The position numbers were made by a program, and so were the translations under genes. A stretch of DNA of 64,000 bases from Octopus bimaculoides (lineage: Eukaryota), in NCBI RefSeq assembly GCF_001194135.2, contig NC_068982.1, positions 97,887,009 to 97,951,008 on the forward strand, written 5' to 3'. The notes beneath the pieces are model-generated. The model was given only the letters and a program-made list of their open reading frames with translations. It was not told where the DNA came from and made no database searches. Below, piece after piece: positions 1 through 12,138 of this stretch (positions are counted from its first letter, which is position 1; each line of letters starts with the position of its first letter).

Positions 1-254
1 ATAACATAAACGCTAACAATAAGCAACATAAATATTAACGGAATTAAATATCTTGCACTTTTCTAACAACCAAATTATAGCAAGAGGAACTAAAAGAGAA
101 AAACAAAACTTCAATATGGAAATATTGGAAAAAAACTTTAACGTGTTTAATGGGAAAGAACACAATTTTTCCAGGTACCAATTTACACTACGCAACAATA
201 GTCCACACAACCCATTACCATACTAAACAACAATACATGAAGTATGCATAAGAG

Positions 255-1150
255 TACGAGGGGGTACCGAAAATAAACCGGAATTTTGCAATATTATTTT
301 CTTCACTTAGTTTTACATGTTTACACTTTTATCGCTATCAAAGTATTCTCGATTTGAAACAATGCATCGGTCCAGACACGTTTTCCATTGTTCGGAGCAG
401 TGCTGGAACTCTTGCGAAGTGATGCTTTTTAACACCTCCATCGTATTTTATCTTCACCTCTTCGACATCAGCAAATTCCGTAGCACCAGCTTTCGTTACC
501 AGTGATGACCTTCGACAAAAGGTCCGGATCAACTTCCAACTATTCTTTTCAGTTCACGACACGCATTCAGCCGTGACTGATTTTGATCTCCCGTGAGCAA
601 GTGAGGCACAAATTTTGCTGCATCTCTTTTCATTCGCAATTCTTCGCTCAAAATTCGTTGGCAGGAGCTCCAGGATACACCAGTCATATCAACAAGTCCG
701 TCAATTGTTCGGTGACAGTCCTTCAAGGTCAGATCATGAATTTTCATGATGTTTTCATTCGCTAGGGGGTGGGGTGTCGACCATCGCCCTGAACGAAATT
801 GGTCTTCAAGCGACAAGCAACCACTCCTAAAGCGTGAAAACCACTCGTAAACTTGTGTTTTGCTCATAGCAGTGTCATTGTAAGCTGTTTGAAGCATGAC
901 AACTGTTTCGGCCACTGTTTTCCCCGAAAGAAAACAAAATTTAATAGAAGCATGCTGTTCCTTCGTTTCAGCCATCGCAAAAATCGACGAACAAGGGAGA
1001 AGCACTGCAAAACAAAGATGCACCACGTAGCAGTACGATTTCACTGCACGATGCCGGTCGGTAGACTGATGCCTGAGGATCGCATCAAGAATACACTACA
1101 CTGCACAACACTATACACAAGAATACACCACTCTACTGACCACATTATTC
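255..1150 (-). mobile_element. Internally deleted mariner transposon
   Basis: TA+CGAGGGGGTACCGAAAATAAACCGGAAT terminal repeat at 255. The minus strand from 975 reads MAETKEQHASIKFCF...KTQVYEWFSRFRSG...AKFVPHLL (HTH region), then VITGNESWCYG is joined directly to FADVEEVK...EQWKTCLDRCIVSNREYFDSD (C-terminus, stop at 313-315). The right-hand TIR is not recognisable, so that end is approximate. Confidence 0.9.
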
Positions 1151-1344
1151 GGAATTTCTTCATATATTGTTCGGTGAGATGAGGTTATATGATTATACAA
1201 TTCACTCAGTTGGAATTCCTTTGAGGAATACTCATATCGAAGCGTTTTACATCGGATTTAAATCTAAAGATTTTAACAACTGCAGCGCTGAATTTTTTTT
1301 TCTTCTTTTTTTGTATGTGATAAATTTGTTGATTATTCCTGCAG

Positions 1345-1546
1345 GATGCTTCGGTTGTTGCAACACAGAAAAATTGCCCAACCAAATAAGTGGAAATGGA
1401 TTTTTCGAAATATGGCTCAAAATGTTCCTTTCAGTATATGCCACTGGACAATTATTGATTGTGCTTCTGGTGACAAGCATTTCATATACCCATCAGAACA
1501 GATCTTAAGAAGATATGCAATATTTATTAAAATGTTGTCATACTTA
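1345..1546 (+). CDS. Candidate coding exon (possibly an N-terminal part of the WD40 gene)
   Basis: Acceptor ttattcctgcAG|G at 1344/1345 and donor TTA|GTGAGT at 1546/1547. Open frame MLRLLQHRKIAQPNKWKWIFRNMAQNVPFSICHWTIIDCASGDKHF...LSYL. No recognised domain. Confidence 0.35.
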
Positions 1547-1859
1547 GTGAGTAACATTGAATGTCAAAAAGTTAAAATGCTTTTTTCCTAAACTGAACAG
1601 TTTAAATCTAAAACGTTTTGTCGTTTTATTTATAACTGCTAATGATTGCATTATCCTAAAATATATTTTTGTGTTTAAAAGAGTAAAGCATAATCGCATG
1701 GCCTGGGACATGAATAGTAAGTGCAAAAGCTTATCAATGCTGTAGAGATATGTTTCATAAAAAGAATACTGAAGGTGTCCTACGCAGATAGAGTGATATA
1801 TATAAAGGTGCTTCCTTATATTATCTGAAAGCTTCTTAAAAGCATTAGGAAACAATAGG

Positions 1860-2095
1860 CTCAGTTCATAGGACTATGAAGAGAAAAAAAACAAAGCCTT
1901 GAGCATTTGGTGCGAACCAGGAAACTAAAAGGAAGAAGCCAAGGAAAGCAGAGAAAGAGGATACTAAATGGCCTTATAAACTGGCTTCAGAAAGATCACC
2001 CTGTTAAACGTTCCAAGCTGTGCGTTGTACAGGAGAGCATGGGGGTTCATGATCGTTCACGCCTGTAAACATGACACATGAAGAGAGAGATAGTT
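1860..2095 (+). mobile_element. RTE-type LINE 3' coding remnant
   Basis: Translates to ...KQSLEHLVRTRKLKGRSQGKQRKRILNGLINWL..., matching the RTE C-terminal pattern LEHLV.TGK..G.R.RG.QR...LDGL..W. Degenerate. Confidence 0.55.
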
Positions 2096-2544
2096 TGAAT
2101 CGTAAGTGATTAAATGAAGAGAAATAATTAATAAACTTTCAATCAACAGCCTACTCTTGCCTTTAAACTAACTGACGCCACTATATATACCGTATTACAC
2201 TAACAAAAGAAGATGCAACATCTCAAGGCTCAAATCAATATTCCACATCTAATTATATACAACTGCAATATTTATTATTGTAAAAGATGCGGATGACAGG
2301 AAAGATAGAAGGCAGGACTAAATGCGTATTGGTTTCAAAGCAACTAAGTTCTCATTTTGAATTACTGCCTGAATCGATTTTCTTTTCATCCTCTTATTGC
2401 CGATATATAAAGTAACAGTGATGTCCTAGGGAACACATTGCTCACTACACACCTACCATAAATATTTATAGGAATGTGAAGGAATGTAAAGGAAATCGAA
2501 CAATGATAATCGAAATATATCTATTGCATAAACCTCGATATTCA

Positions 2545-3691
2545 GAACATACATAATGAGATATATATATATATATAGATAGATAGATAGATAGATATAT
2601 ATATAGAGAGAGAGAGAGAGAGAGGAGGAGGAGGAGGAGAGAGAGAGAGGAAGAGGAGGAGAGAGAGAGAAAGAGAGACAGACAGAGAGACAAAGAAAAA
2701 GGCAGGCCGCAGCTCTGAGCTGAAACTTTGAAATGAAATGAAATGAAATATGTATATATGCATGAATGTATACATACACACACAGATGTATGTATATATA
2801 CAAACATACACAGGAAAACACAGGCACACACAGACAGACACACACACACACACACACACACANNNNNNNNNNNNNNNNNNNNNNNNNNNNNNNNNNNNNN
2901 NNNNNNNNNNNNNNNNNNNNNNNNNNNNNNNNNNNNNNNNNNNNNNNNNNNNNNNNNNNNNNNNNNNNNNNNNNNNNNNNNNNNNNNNNNNNNNNNNNNN
3001 NNNNNNNNNNNNNNNNNNNNNNNNNNNNNNNNNNNNNNNNNNNNNNNNNNNNNNNNNNNNNNNNNNNNNNNNNNNNNNNNNNNNNNNNNNNNNNNNNNNN
3101 NNNNNNNNNNNNNNNNNNNNNNNNNNNNNNNNNNNNNNNNNNNNNNNNNNNNNNNNNNNNNNNNNNNNNNNNNNNNNNNNNNNNNNNNNNNNNNNNNNNN
3201 NNNNNNNNNNNNNNNNNNNNNNNNNNNNNNNNNNNNNNNNNNNNNNNNNNNNNNNNNNNNNNNNNNNNNNNNNNNNNNNNNNNNNNNNNNNNNNNNNNNN
3301 NNNNNNNNNNNNNNNNNNNNNNNNNNNNNNNNNNNNNNNNNNNNNNNNNNNNNNNNNNNNNNNNNNNNNNNNNNNNNNNNNNNNNNNNNNNNNNNNNNNN
3401 NNNNNNNNNNNNNNNNNNNNNNNNNNNNNNNNNNNNNNNNNNNNNNNNNNNNNNNNNNNNNNNNNNNNNNNNNNNNNNNNNNNNNNNNNNNNNNNNNNNN
3501 NNNNNNNNNNNNNNNNNNNNNNNNNNNNNNNNNNNNNNNNNNNNNNNNNNNNNNNNNNNNNNNNNNNNNNNNNNNNNNNNNNNNNNNNNNNNNNNNNNNN
3601 NNNNNNNNNNNNNNNNNNNNNNNNNNNNNNNNNNNNNNNNNNNNNNNNNNNNNNNNNNNNNNNNNNNNNNNNNNNNNNNNNNNNNNNNNNN

Positions 3692-3772
<81 letters not shown>

Positions 3773-3930
3773 CATACATACATACATATATGTAAATATA
3801 CAAACATTCATACACATGCATGTATACATACATATATATGCGTATTCACACAGGTAGAGATACATATATGTATGTTTGTGTGTGTATATATATATATACA
3901 CCCACACACTCATATACACACACCTTTATA
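2545..3930. repeat. Compound microsatellite block (TA, GATA, GA, GGA, CA) flanking an assembly gap
   Basis: Direct reading. N-gap at 2863-3691. Confidence 0.95.
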
Positions 3931-4054
3931 CACAAATGATAAATAATTAAAATAAATTGTCTGTTAACAACTGTTGTAGCCACAAACCAATAATCTCTAT
4001 CAAAACAGTAAAATATTCAGATTTTCATAGCTTATTCCTGTCCTTCTGTCGCAG

Positions 4055-4103
4055 ATCCGGTCACCCCTTTCCACGCCGAGTGTTCTCCAGTCTACAGAGC
4101 AGC
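4055..4103 (+). CDS. Candidate 49-nt exon
   Basis: Polypyrimidine acceptor cttattcctgtccttctgtcgcAG|A and donor AGC|GTGAGT. All three frames are open, so the frame is unresolved. Confidence 0.4.
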
Positions 4104-4349
4104 GTGAGTCATGAAACCTGTCTCCTCCAGCCAATCAGTATTAATCTGAGTTGGTAGAAAGAATCGGGCTTTAACTAAGAAACATCAACCCAGAAAATTA
4201 CCAAATCAAGCGATAGCGTTTTTCTTCCTCATAAATATTTGCATTTCATAAACATGAACAACCTTGCTGAACGTTCAGTTGTGTGCTGTTCAGCAAAGCA
4301 ACGCAATGATATCCAACATGCGTGCATATATGTAATTACATACACGAGT

Positions 4350-4426
<77 letters not shown>

Positions 4427-4918
4427 CAGGCGGCAGAGAGAGGATGGACGAGAGAGAGAAAGATAAAACTTCATATGTGTGTGTGTCTTTGTGTGTGAGT
4501 GTGTGCACTTGAACATGTATATATGTATCCGTGTGTGTGTGTATGTGTGTATACATATACATATGCATAGTGCGTATCGATTTGATCACATTCACATGCA
4601 TACATACATAAGCATTTACGTAGTTATTGCAAAAACCTAAAAGCCGAAAATGCAGTCTCTCTCCGCGAGAAATCGAAACTAATAACATTCTGGTCGTCAT
4701 CATTGTTGTTGCTATCGGGGTTGTTGCTTTTAGTGTTTTCACTTGTGTGTGTTTTATGTATTTTTGTTTTTATTTCTTTATAGTTAAAGGAGAGAATTAT
4801 CTACAAATTATAAAAAACTTGACCAGTTCCATTAATATATAATTATTTCTGGTGTGTCACAAAAACATACAGACAAATACAATCACCCACATAGACACAC
4901 ACATATACACACATTTGT

Positions 4919-4979
<61 letters not shown>

Positions 4980-5491
4980 NNNNNNNNNNNNNNNNNNNNN
5001 NNNNNNNNNNNNNNNNNNNNNNNNNNNNNNNNNNNNNNNNNNNNNNNNNNNNNNNNNNNNNNNNNNNNNNNNNNNNNNNNNNNNNNNNNNNNNNNNNNNN
5101 NNNNNNNNNNNNNNNNNNNNNNNNNNNNNNNNNNNNNNNNNNNNNNNNNNNNNNNNNNNNNNNNNNNNNNNNNNNNNNNNNNNNNNNNNNNNNNNNNNNN
5201 NNNNNNNNNNNNNNNNNNNNNNNNNNNNNNNNNNNNNNNNNNNNNNNNNNNNNNNNNNNNNNNNNNNNNNNNNNNNNNNNNNNNNNNNNNNNNNNNNNNN
5301 NNNNNNNNNNNNNNNNNNNNNNNNNNNNNNNNNNNNNNNNNNNNNNNNNNNNNNNNNNNNNNNNNNNNNNNNNNNNNNNNNNNNNNNNNNNNNNNNNNNN
5401 NNNNNNNNNNNNNNNNNNNNNNNNNNNNNNNNNNNNNNNNNNNNNNNNNNNNNNNNNNNNNNNNNNNNNNNNNNNNNNNNNNNNNNNNNNN

Positions 5492-5534
<43 letters not shown>

Positions 5535-5719
5535 AAATAATGTATTTGTGAATATAAAGGGTATAATTTAATCCTATTAAGTGAAGATATCATTGGCCAA
5601 ATCGTCATTCGAACTTAAATATTATAATGCCAAAGAAAGAAAGAAAAAAGGAAGAAAGAAAGTAAAAAGGAAGAAAGAAAGAAATCCCATCTTATGTTAT
5701 TTGTACTACCTTACCGCTG

Positions 5720-7200
5720 CTATTTCCTTGATCCACATGAGGAGAATACTATCAACAGCATTTTGCTAGTCAACCCATGTCATGTTTTGTTATGCCTATG
5801 TGGGTCTTTGTAGCATTCCTTTTGCTCGTCTAGAAGCAGGTTCTCTGTGATACTATTGCAACTATGGCTTTGGAAGCTGTTGAAAGGTAGATATGGATCT
5901 GTAACCTTTAGGGTTTGTTGTTTCAACCGTCTTGTAGGTTGCGATGAACTTTTTCTTCGCGATCTATTCAGGTGTTTTCTCTGATTCCTTCAGTATTTTA
6001 TTAAACATCTCTACGGGAACCTTACATGTCCCTCTTAAATATTTTAATCAGAAGTTTAAGAAGTTTATTCAGTGACTTGCTTTTTGCAATTTCTGAACAT
6101 TTCTTCTTTTTTTGTTTTTCTTTTTTGCGTTGCTATGGCGTTATGCACAGGCGCTGCATTATTGTTTTGAACATTATTGTTTGTGGTGATAACTTAGCTG
6201 TCCATAGTCCTTCCCATCCCTTGCTATTAGTAGTACATTCTTTCCTATATTATTTTTACCTAGTTTTTGGTAAAAATTGTTTTGAGATTGGAGTAGAAGT
6301 TGTTTTGTTCAAAGAATCGTTTTCGCTTTTTTATATTAACAGATTCTCAAGACGATTTAGTAAGCATCTGATCGTCCCTTGTTTGCCACCTCTTGATTTA
6401 AAGGTTTGGTTTTGTTCTGCTATATTTTTATAGTAACTGTTGCTCTTTTTTCTTTTTCATATTAAGATGTCTTTATCTTTTTCTGTACGTTTTATATCTG
6501 AAGGAGTGCTTAATTTCCTTTGTAACTGTGGCCATTATATGTAATATTTCGTTAACTTGCTTTAGTAATATTTACAGCACTACTTACTCGTTTCTTCTTC
6601 TTCTTTTTTATGGTGGACACTGTTATAGAAATATTAAATCCGATTGGCAACAGAGACAAAGCCAATGTTGCCGCTAAATAATTCGTTTCTGTTTTCCTAT
6701 AAGTCTGTGAAGGTCTCGTTTACGTTGTTTTTATTATTTTTGCTGTTTCGCCGTTGAGTTTTAATCCTCGCAGAGGAGCTTCTTTCGACTGGTCCACAGA
6801 AAGATCTTGTATTTACTTTAATTCTTTAATTATTTACTACTTAATATTCTTGTCATGTTCTTGATTTCCATCTTTAGAATTAAATTTTCCTCTTATTTCC
6901 TTCTATTCATATTAGTGTCTGTGTTGCATTCATTCGGCATTTCTTTGTCAATATTCTGTAGGTGTTCTAGGGTTTATATTTCGTTATTTAGGTGTTTGAT
7001 GATAGATATATTCCCACAATATTTTTTTTTTTTTAGCGTTTTCTCTGTACTTCTTTTTAATGTTGTCTCTCCATTTCTGGATTTTTCTTCTCTTTTTTGC
7101 TTTAAGAATATGTCTTCTTTAGACAGCTTGTCTAATGGGATTGAACATTACATTAACATCAGGTTATTTTCTCTTCAAAATTATACGATAATATTGTTAG
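5720..7200 (-). mobile_element. Heavily decayed R4/Dong-like (RLE) non-LTR retrotransposon fragment
   Basis: Minus-strand pieces NFYQKLGKNNIGKNV and GYRSIST...ENLLLDEQKECYKD resemble the pre-RT and RT domain-1/2 motifs also seen in the copy at 56.6-57.9 kb. Many stops. Confidence 0.6.
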
Positions 7201-7297
7201 TATCGTTTTGAATAGAGTGAGAATGTAAAATATATTTACAATTGGTGCTAGAGTTACTGTTGTTGTTGACATGTTGCTAATGTTTCAACAGACAGTT

Positions 7298-7514
7298 AGG
7301 CGGCGAGCTGGAAGAAACGTTAGCACGTCGAACAAAATGCTTAGCAGCATTCCGGCTGCCTGTACGTTCTGAGTTCAAGTTCCGCCGAGGTCGACTTTGC
7401 CTTTCATCCTTTCGGGATCGATAAATTAAGTACCAGTTGCGTACTGAGGTCGATCTAATCGACTTGTCTCTTCTCCAAAAATTTCGGGCCGTGTGCCTAG
7501 AGTAAAAAAGAATA
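7298..7514 (+). mobile_element. SINE family A (GGCGGCGAGCTGGCAGAAACGTTAGC head)
   Basis: tRNA-like head with B box GAGTTCAAGTTCC, core GTCGACTTTGCCTTTCATCCTTTCGGG.TCGATAAATTAAGTACCAG and an A-rich tail. Many copies in the window. Confidence 0.9.
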
Positions 7515-7529
7515 TTTCAACAGACAGGT

Positions 7530-7746
7530 AGGCAGCGAGCTAACAGAAACGTTAGCACGCCGAGCAAAATGCATAGCGACATTTCGTCCGTCTGTACGTT
7601 CTGGGTTCAAATTCCGCCGAGGTTGACTTTGCCTTTCATCCTTTCGGAGTCGATAAAAGAAGTACCAGTAGAACACTGGAGTCGACGTAATCGAGTTTCC
7701 CTCTCCCCACAACTTATTGGCCTTGTGTCAAAATTTGAAACCAATA
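7530..7746 (+). mobile_element. SINE family A, second tandem copy with a different tail
   Basis: Same head and core. Tail is GCCTTGTGTCAAAATTTGAAACCAATA. Confidence 0.9.
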
Positions 7747-7764
7747 GTTCAACAAACAGCGGAA

Positions 7765-8247
7765 ATAGTTTCAGTCATTGGACCGCGGTGATGCTAGGAT
7801 ACCGTCTTTAGGGGTTTAGTCGAACAAACCGAACCCAGCTCATATTTCTTAAAAACCTGGAACTTACGTTATTCACCTATTTTGTCGAACCGCTAAGTCA
7901 CGGGGACGTAAACAAGCCAGCAGTGGTGGGAGACAAACACAAACTCAAACACACACACACACACACACACATACGTATATATATTCTTTCATTGGTTTCA
8001 TTTATTTGACTGCGGTTATGCTGGAGCATCACTTTTAGTCGAACGAATCGATTACAGGACTCATTCTTTGTAAGCCTAGTNNNNNNNNNNNNNNNNNNNN
8101 NNNNNNNNNNNNNNNNNNNNNNNNNNNNNNNNNNNNNNNNNNNNNNNNNNNNNNNNNNNNNNNNNNNNNNNNNNNNNNNNNNNNNNNNNNNNNNNNNNNN
8201 NNNNNNNNNNNNNNNNNNNNNNNNNNNNNNNNNNNNNNNNNNNNNNN

Positions 8248-8294
<47 letters not shown>

Positions 8295-8445
8295 CGATGG
8301 ACTTCTTTCAGTTTCCGTCTACCAAATCCATTCACAAGGCTTTATTCGGCCCGAGGCTATAGTTGCAGACACTTGCCCAAAGTGCCATGCAGTGGGAGTG
8401 AAACCGAGACCATATTGTTGGGAAGCAAACGTCTTACCACACGCA
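7765..8445 (-). mobile_element. SINE family C pieces (SINE carrying an internal CA/TA microsatellite)
   Basis: 3' halves (GAACCGCTAAG..ACGGGGACGTAAAC) at 7765-7975 and 7985-8080, and a 5' half (TTTCAGTTTCCGTCTACCAAATCCA...TTACCACAC) at 8290-8445 across a gap. Homologous to the full copy at 47188-47852. Confidence 0.85.
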
Positions 8446-8915
8446 TATAGCATTCTCTTCATTGAGACAGATGGACACCACCACAGAGTATTGTTTCATC
8501 ACGTGTCGTATATATTTCCACATTGGCAACTGACCTTGGCTTTTTCTTATCACATCTACGTTATTCAAACAGCACGATGTCCAGTCCTTATTGCGGTGTA
8601 GTGGCTTATATGCTATGCCAGCGGACCGCAAGCCCCTGGTGGGGGCCTCCCATGCTGGACAAGTCAAAGGCTAGAGTGGACAAACTAATATGGAATATCC
8701 CTTCCCAGAGGTAATTATGGGTTTCTACCTAGAAAAAAAAGTCTAGGTTATAAAAACATCAATGACAGCTCTAAACCAACAAGAGCTGGGAGATGAAGGC
8801 CTTCCTTTGGGGAAACATGACGTGGTGCAATAAAACCCGAAAGGAACCTGCAAGGAAAGGCATGGATCCAACTGGACCCCTACTTTTCCTTACAGAAAAG
8901 GTAACTCAGAGTGGG

Positions 8916-9003
8916 GAATAGACGGGAATAGTCGGGAATAGACGGAATTGTCGGGAATAGACGGGAATAGTCGGCAATAGACGGGAATAGTCGGGAAAAA
9001 GAC
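8916..9003. repeat. 10-bp minisatellite with alternating GACGGGAATA/GTCGGGAATA units
   Basis: About 8 units read directly. Confidence 0.9.
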
Positions 9004-9239
9004 GTCAATGGTTTATGTTCCATAGGGAGTGAGAGTGTAAGGCTTACCTAAGTCAGTAAGTTCAGGTATTTTCAGGTAAGTTCAGGTATTTTCTTATATT
9101 GTCTCTGCCAACTGGAGCATGCCGAGCCCTTATTAAACACTTTTAAGTTTCAGCCTGATGCCCTCATTGCTAATAAAATTTCTGCCCAAGTTTGGGTAGC
9201 AGTTTGCAAAAGATTTTATTTTCGCTAGGAGAAACTCCA

Positions 9240-9950
9240 GTAATGACAACCTTAGCAAAAGCGTTATATTTGGTGGCAATGGTGGTAGTGGTAGTGGTGG
9301 TATTGGTTGTGGTGGTTGTGGTGATGATCGTGGTGGTGGTGGTGATGGTGATGATGGTAGTGGTGGCGGCGATGATAGTGGTGGTGTTGGTAGTGGTGGT
9401 GGTGGTGATGATCTTAGTGTTGGTGGTGGTGGTGATGGTGGTGGCGGCTGTGGTGATAGTGGTGGTATTGGTAGTAGTGTTGGAGGTGATTGTTGTAGTT
9501 GTAGAACTGGTATTGTTATAGATAATAGTTTTCTTGGCTGCCACTACAGTGGTGGCGGTAACGGCGGCGGTGGTGTTGGTGATTCTGGTGGTAGTAGTGT
9601 TGTTGTTGGTGTTGTTATTGTTGTTGGTGGTGGTGGTAGTTGTGGTGGTGGTCGTAGTAGTTGTGGTAGTGGTGGTATTAGTAGTAGTGGTGGCGATGTC
9701 AGTAGTGATTGTAGTGGTGGTGAGGGGTAGTGGTATTGATGTTGGTGAGTGTGGTAGCCGTAGGCTGTGGTAGTGGTGGCGGTGGTGATGGTAGTGTGGT
9801 GATAGTTGTAGTAGTAGTAGTAGTAGTGTTAATAGTGGGGGTGAGGAATAATGTTGTGAAGGTAGTGGTGGTGGTAGCAGCGGTGGGTGTGGCGTTGGTG
9901 GAGGTAGTAGTGGTGGCACTGGTGACGGCGGCGATGGTGGTAGTGTTGTC
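9240..9950. repeat. Degenerate (GTG/GTA/GTT)n trinucleotide tract
   Basis: Direct reading. It explains the poly-V and poly-T ORFs in the track. Confidence 0.95.
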
Positions 9951-9984
9951 CCTGCTGTTTGCTCCAACTGGTGCCGCCGCCGTT

Positions 9985-10206
9985 TATGGTGCTTGTACAA
10001 ACGGACAGTGCAATCGAGCGATCCAATTCTGCAGGAATCGACCTACTTTTAACCACTGTCGTCATTAATAGTTCTGGTTACGTCACAAACGCCCACCATT
10101 TCACTGTCGGGTTATTCACCTCACCAATGTTGACTCAGTGTATTTGAATATAACATGTATAGCAGATTCCGTATGTTTTAAATAATGATTTCTCTTATTG
10201 ACAAAA
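9985..10206 (+). pseudogene. Decayed duplicate (pseudo-exon) of the WD40 exon at 11679-11863 plus adjacent intron
   Basis: ACGGACAGTGCAATCGAGCGATCCAATTCTGCA vs ACGGACAATGCAATCGAACGATCCAACTCTGCA, and GTTATTCACCTCACCAATGTTGACTCAGTG vs GTTATTCACCTCACTAACAATGACTCAATA. Frameshifts, no acceptor or donor, and similarity continues into intron (TATGTTTTAA...ATTGACA). Confidence 0.8.
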
Positions 10207-11301
10207 TGGCAACTTTCTATTAAGTGTTTTTGTTGTTGTTGTTGTGGTGGTGGTGGTGGTGGGGAGGGGGTGTTTTTTCATGTTGTTTTTTTTTGGTACA
10301 GTCTTTCATTTTCGGTTTTAATAATTTTTCGTGTATGGTTTTTTTAATTTTTCGTCATTTACATCGCATCTATTTAAGTGAAGTGATGATAAAATTGTTT
10401 GATTCAAGGTCCATTGGATTAATAGAAGATGGAATTAAATGCACCACTGCGAAATAAAACAAAAAGTTTTGTTAACTATGTACTGTTCATTATGCTTATA
10501 GCAGCGTACCTTCCGTACCAGTCACATTTAAGTCATTTGGTCAACAGCATTGACCACGAAACAAATGCTGGCCATTCTTTCAGAACACAAATGTCATATA
10601 GATACAATCAGCTGCCCTTTCACATGTATCAAATAAATATTATTACAGAAATGAGTGCGCACATGCGTGTGTGCACATGTGTGTGTGTGCACATGCGTGT
10701 GTGCATATGCGTGTGTGTACATGCGTGTGTGCACATGCATGTGTGCATGCATGTATAATTAAATTTCGAATCGTATTTCACAACCTCGCCTAGAAAAAGT
10801 TCGTTTATGAGAGGGAGTGCGTATATATGCTGGTGTGTATATTTACGTTACAAAAACTGGGTATGTGCATGTGTTTTTACGTGTTAGCATGGAAATGTGC
10901 ATTAAAAAAACTGGGTGTATAAATGTTCGTATATGTGTTAATAATGTGCGTGAATTCGTTAATATTACTGAGGGTGCGAAGGTGTATATGTATGTGTGTG
11001 TGTGCGTGTACGTTCGTGTGTGTATGTGTATTAGTGTGCATGTTTATGTTACTAAGACTTGGTGTGTAAATATATACATATATATGTATATGTGTTTGTA
11101 TGCATTCCTATGTTACTAAAATTACATGTATGAACATTTGTATATATATATATGGGAGAATATACGAAAAAACAACAACAGACGAGGACAGGTGGTGTAA
11201 ATAACAAAAGGATGTATTATATATATATATATATATATAGAGTTATTAATATTTCTAAGTCTCTCTAAAGGAGACTACGGCAGCGGTATATATATATATA
11301 C

Positions 11302-11338
<37 letters not shown>

Positions 11339-11477
11339 CACACATGCACGCATACGCACGCACACACACATACACACATATATATATATGTGTTTGTGTG
11401 TGTGTGCTTGTGTACGTTACTAAACTGAATGTGGGAGTATGTGCGTGTGTGTGTGTTTACACATTTATGTTTGTATG

Positions 11478-11511
<34 letters not shown>

Positions 11512-11678
11512 TACGTCTATGTGTGTTTGCGTGAATGTGTACATTACTAAAACTGGATGTATCAATGTGTATGTAAGTGTGTAAATTACTCAATAAAATG
11601 CCAATGCTGACTGTCCATTTTTGAAAGAATATAGGATTATCTCAATTAAAAAGTTTGTTTTGCTTTTAAATCTTTCAG

Positions 11679-11863
11679 ACAATTCGGATATGGAACTGCC
11701 ACAACGGACAATGCAATCGAACGATCCAACTCTGCAAAGGCGACCCAGTCATTGCTGTCAGTTACAGTTCTGCTTACATCGCATACGCCCACGGGTCTAC
11801 TGTTTCGGTTATTCACCTCACTAACAATGACTCAATATTTGAACATAGCGAACATAAACACAG
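11679..11863 (+). CDS. Internal exon of a WD40-repeat protein (F-box/WD-like)
   Basis: Acceptor tgcttttaaatctttcAG|ACA and donor CAG|GTAGTC. 185 nt, phase 0 to 2, open: TIRIWNCHNGQCNRTIQLCKGDPVIAVSYSSAYIAYAHGSTVSVIHLTNNDSIFEHSEHKHR. TIRIWN..GQC.RT is the canonical WD40 strand-c/d signature. Confidence 0.8.
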
Positions 11864-12138
11864 GTAGTCTAAATTCTATATGTTTTAATAAAGCTTACTC
11901 AGATTGACATAAAAATCACAAATTTTAAGCAGTACAATCGTTTGCATTTGGCTACATTACGTGCCAAATTTAAATTTTATCGATCCTGGGTTGGAGAGAT
12001 GACAAGCAAATGCCAAACAATTTGGCAGTATTTGGGCACGGTACGTGAAGGAACGTAACGTAATACTACATAGCATTTCGTCCATCACTCTACCAGTTTT
12101 AAGACTCACAAAACTCGTAGCTTTTGTTAATAATTACT

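Noticed and set aside
4110-4140. TGAGTCA (AP-1-like) and CCAATCAG motifs as a promoter
   Set aside because: Short motifs are expected by chance, and the TGAGTC overlaps the candidate splice donor at 4104.
2453-5608. Long ORFs in the track running through N-gaps (also at 14.6, 18.2, 42.3, 47.2, 51.6 and 58.1 kb)
   Set aside because: Artefacts of translating Ns and dinucleotide repeats.
8916-9003. Short regularly spaced repeats as a possible CRISPR-like array
   Set aside because: No unique spacers, a 10-bp unit and a eukaryotic context. It is a minisatellite.
9170-10068. 276-aa Thr/Pro-rich mucin-like ORF and poly-Val ORFs
   Set aside because: They come entirely from the GTG/GTA trinucleotide tract, with no splice or start context.
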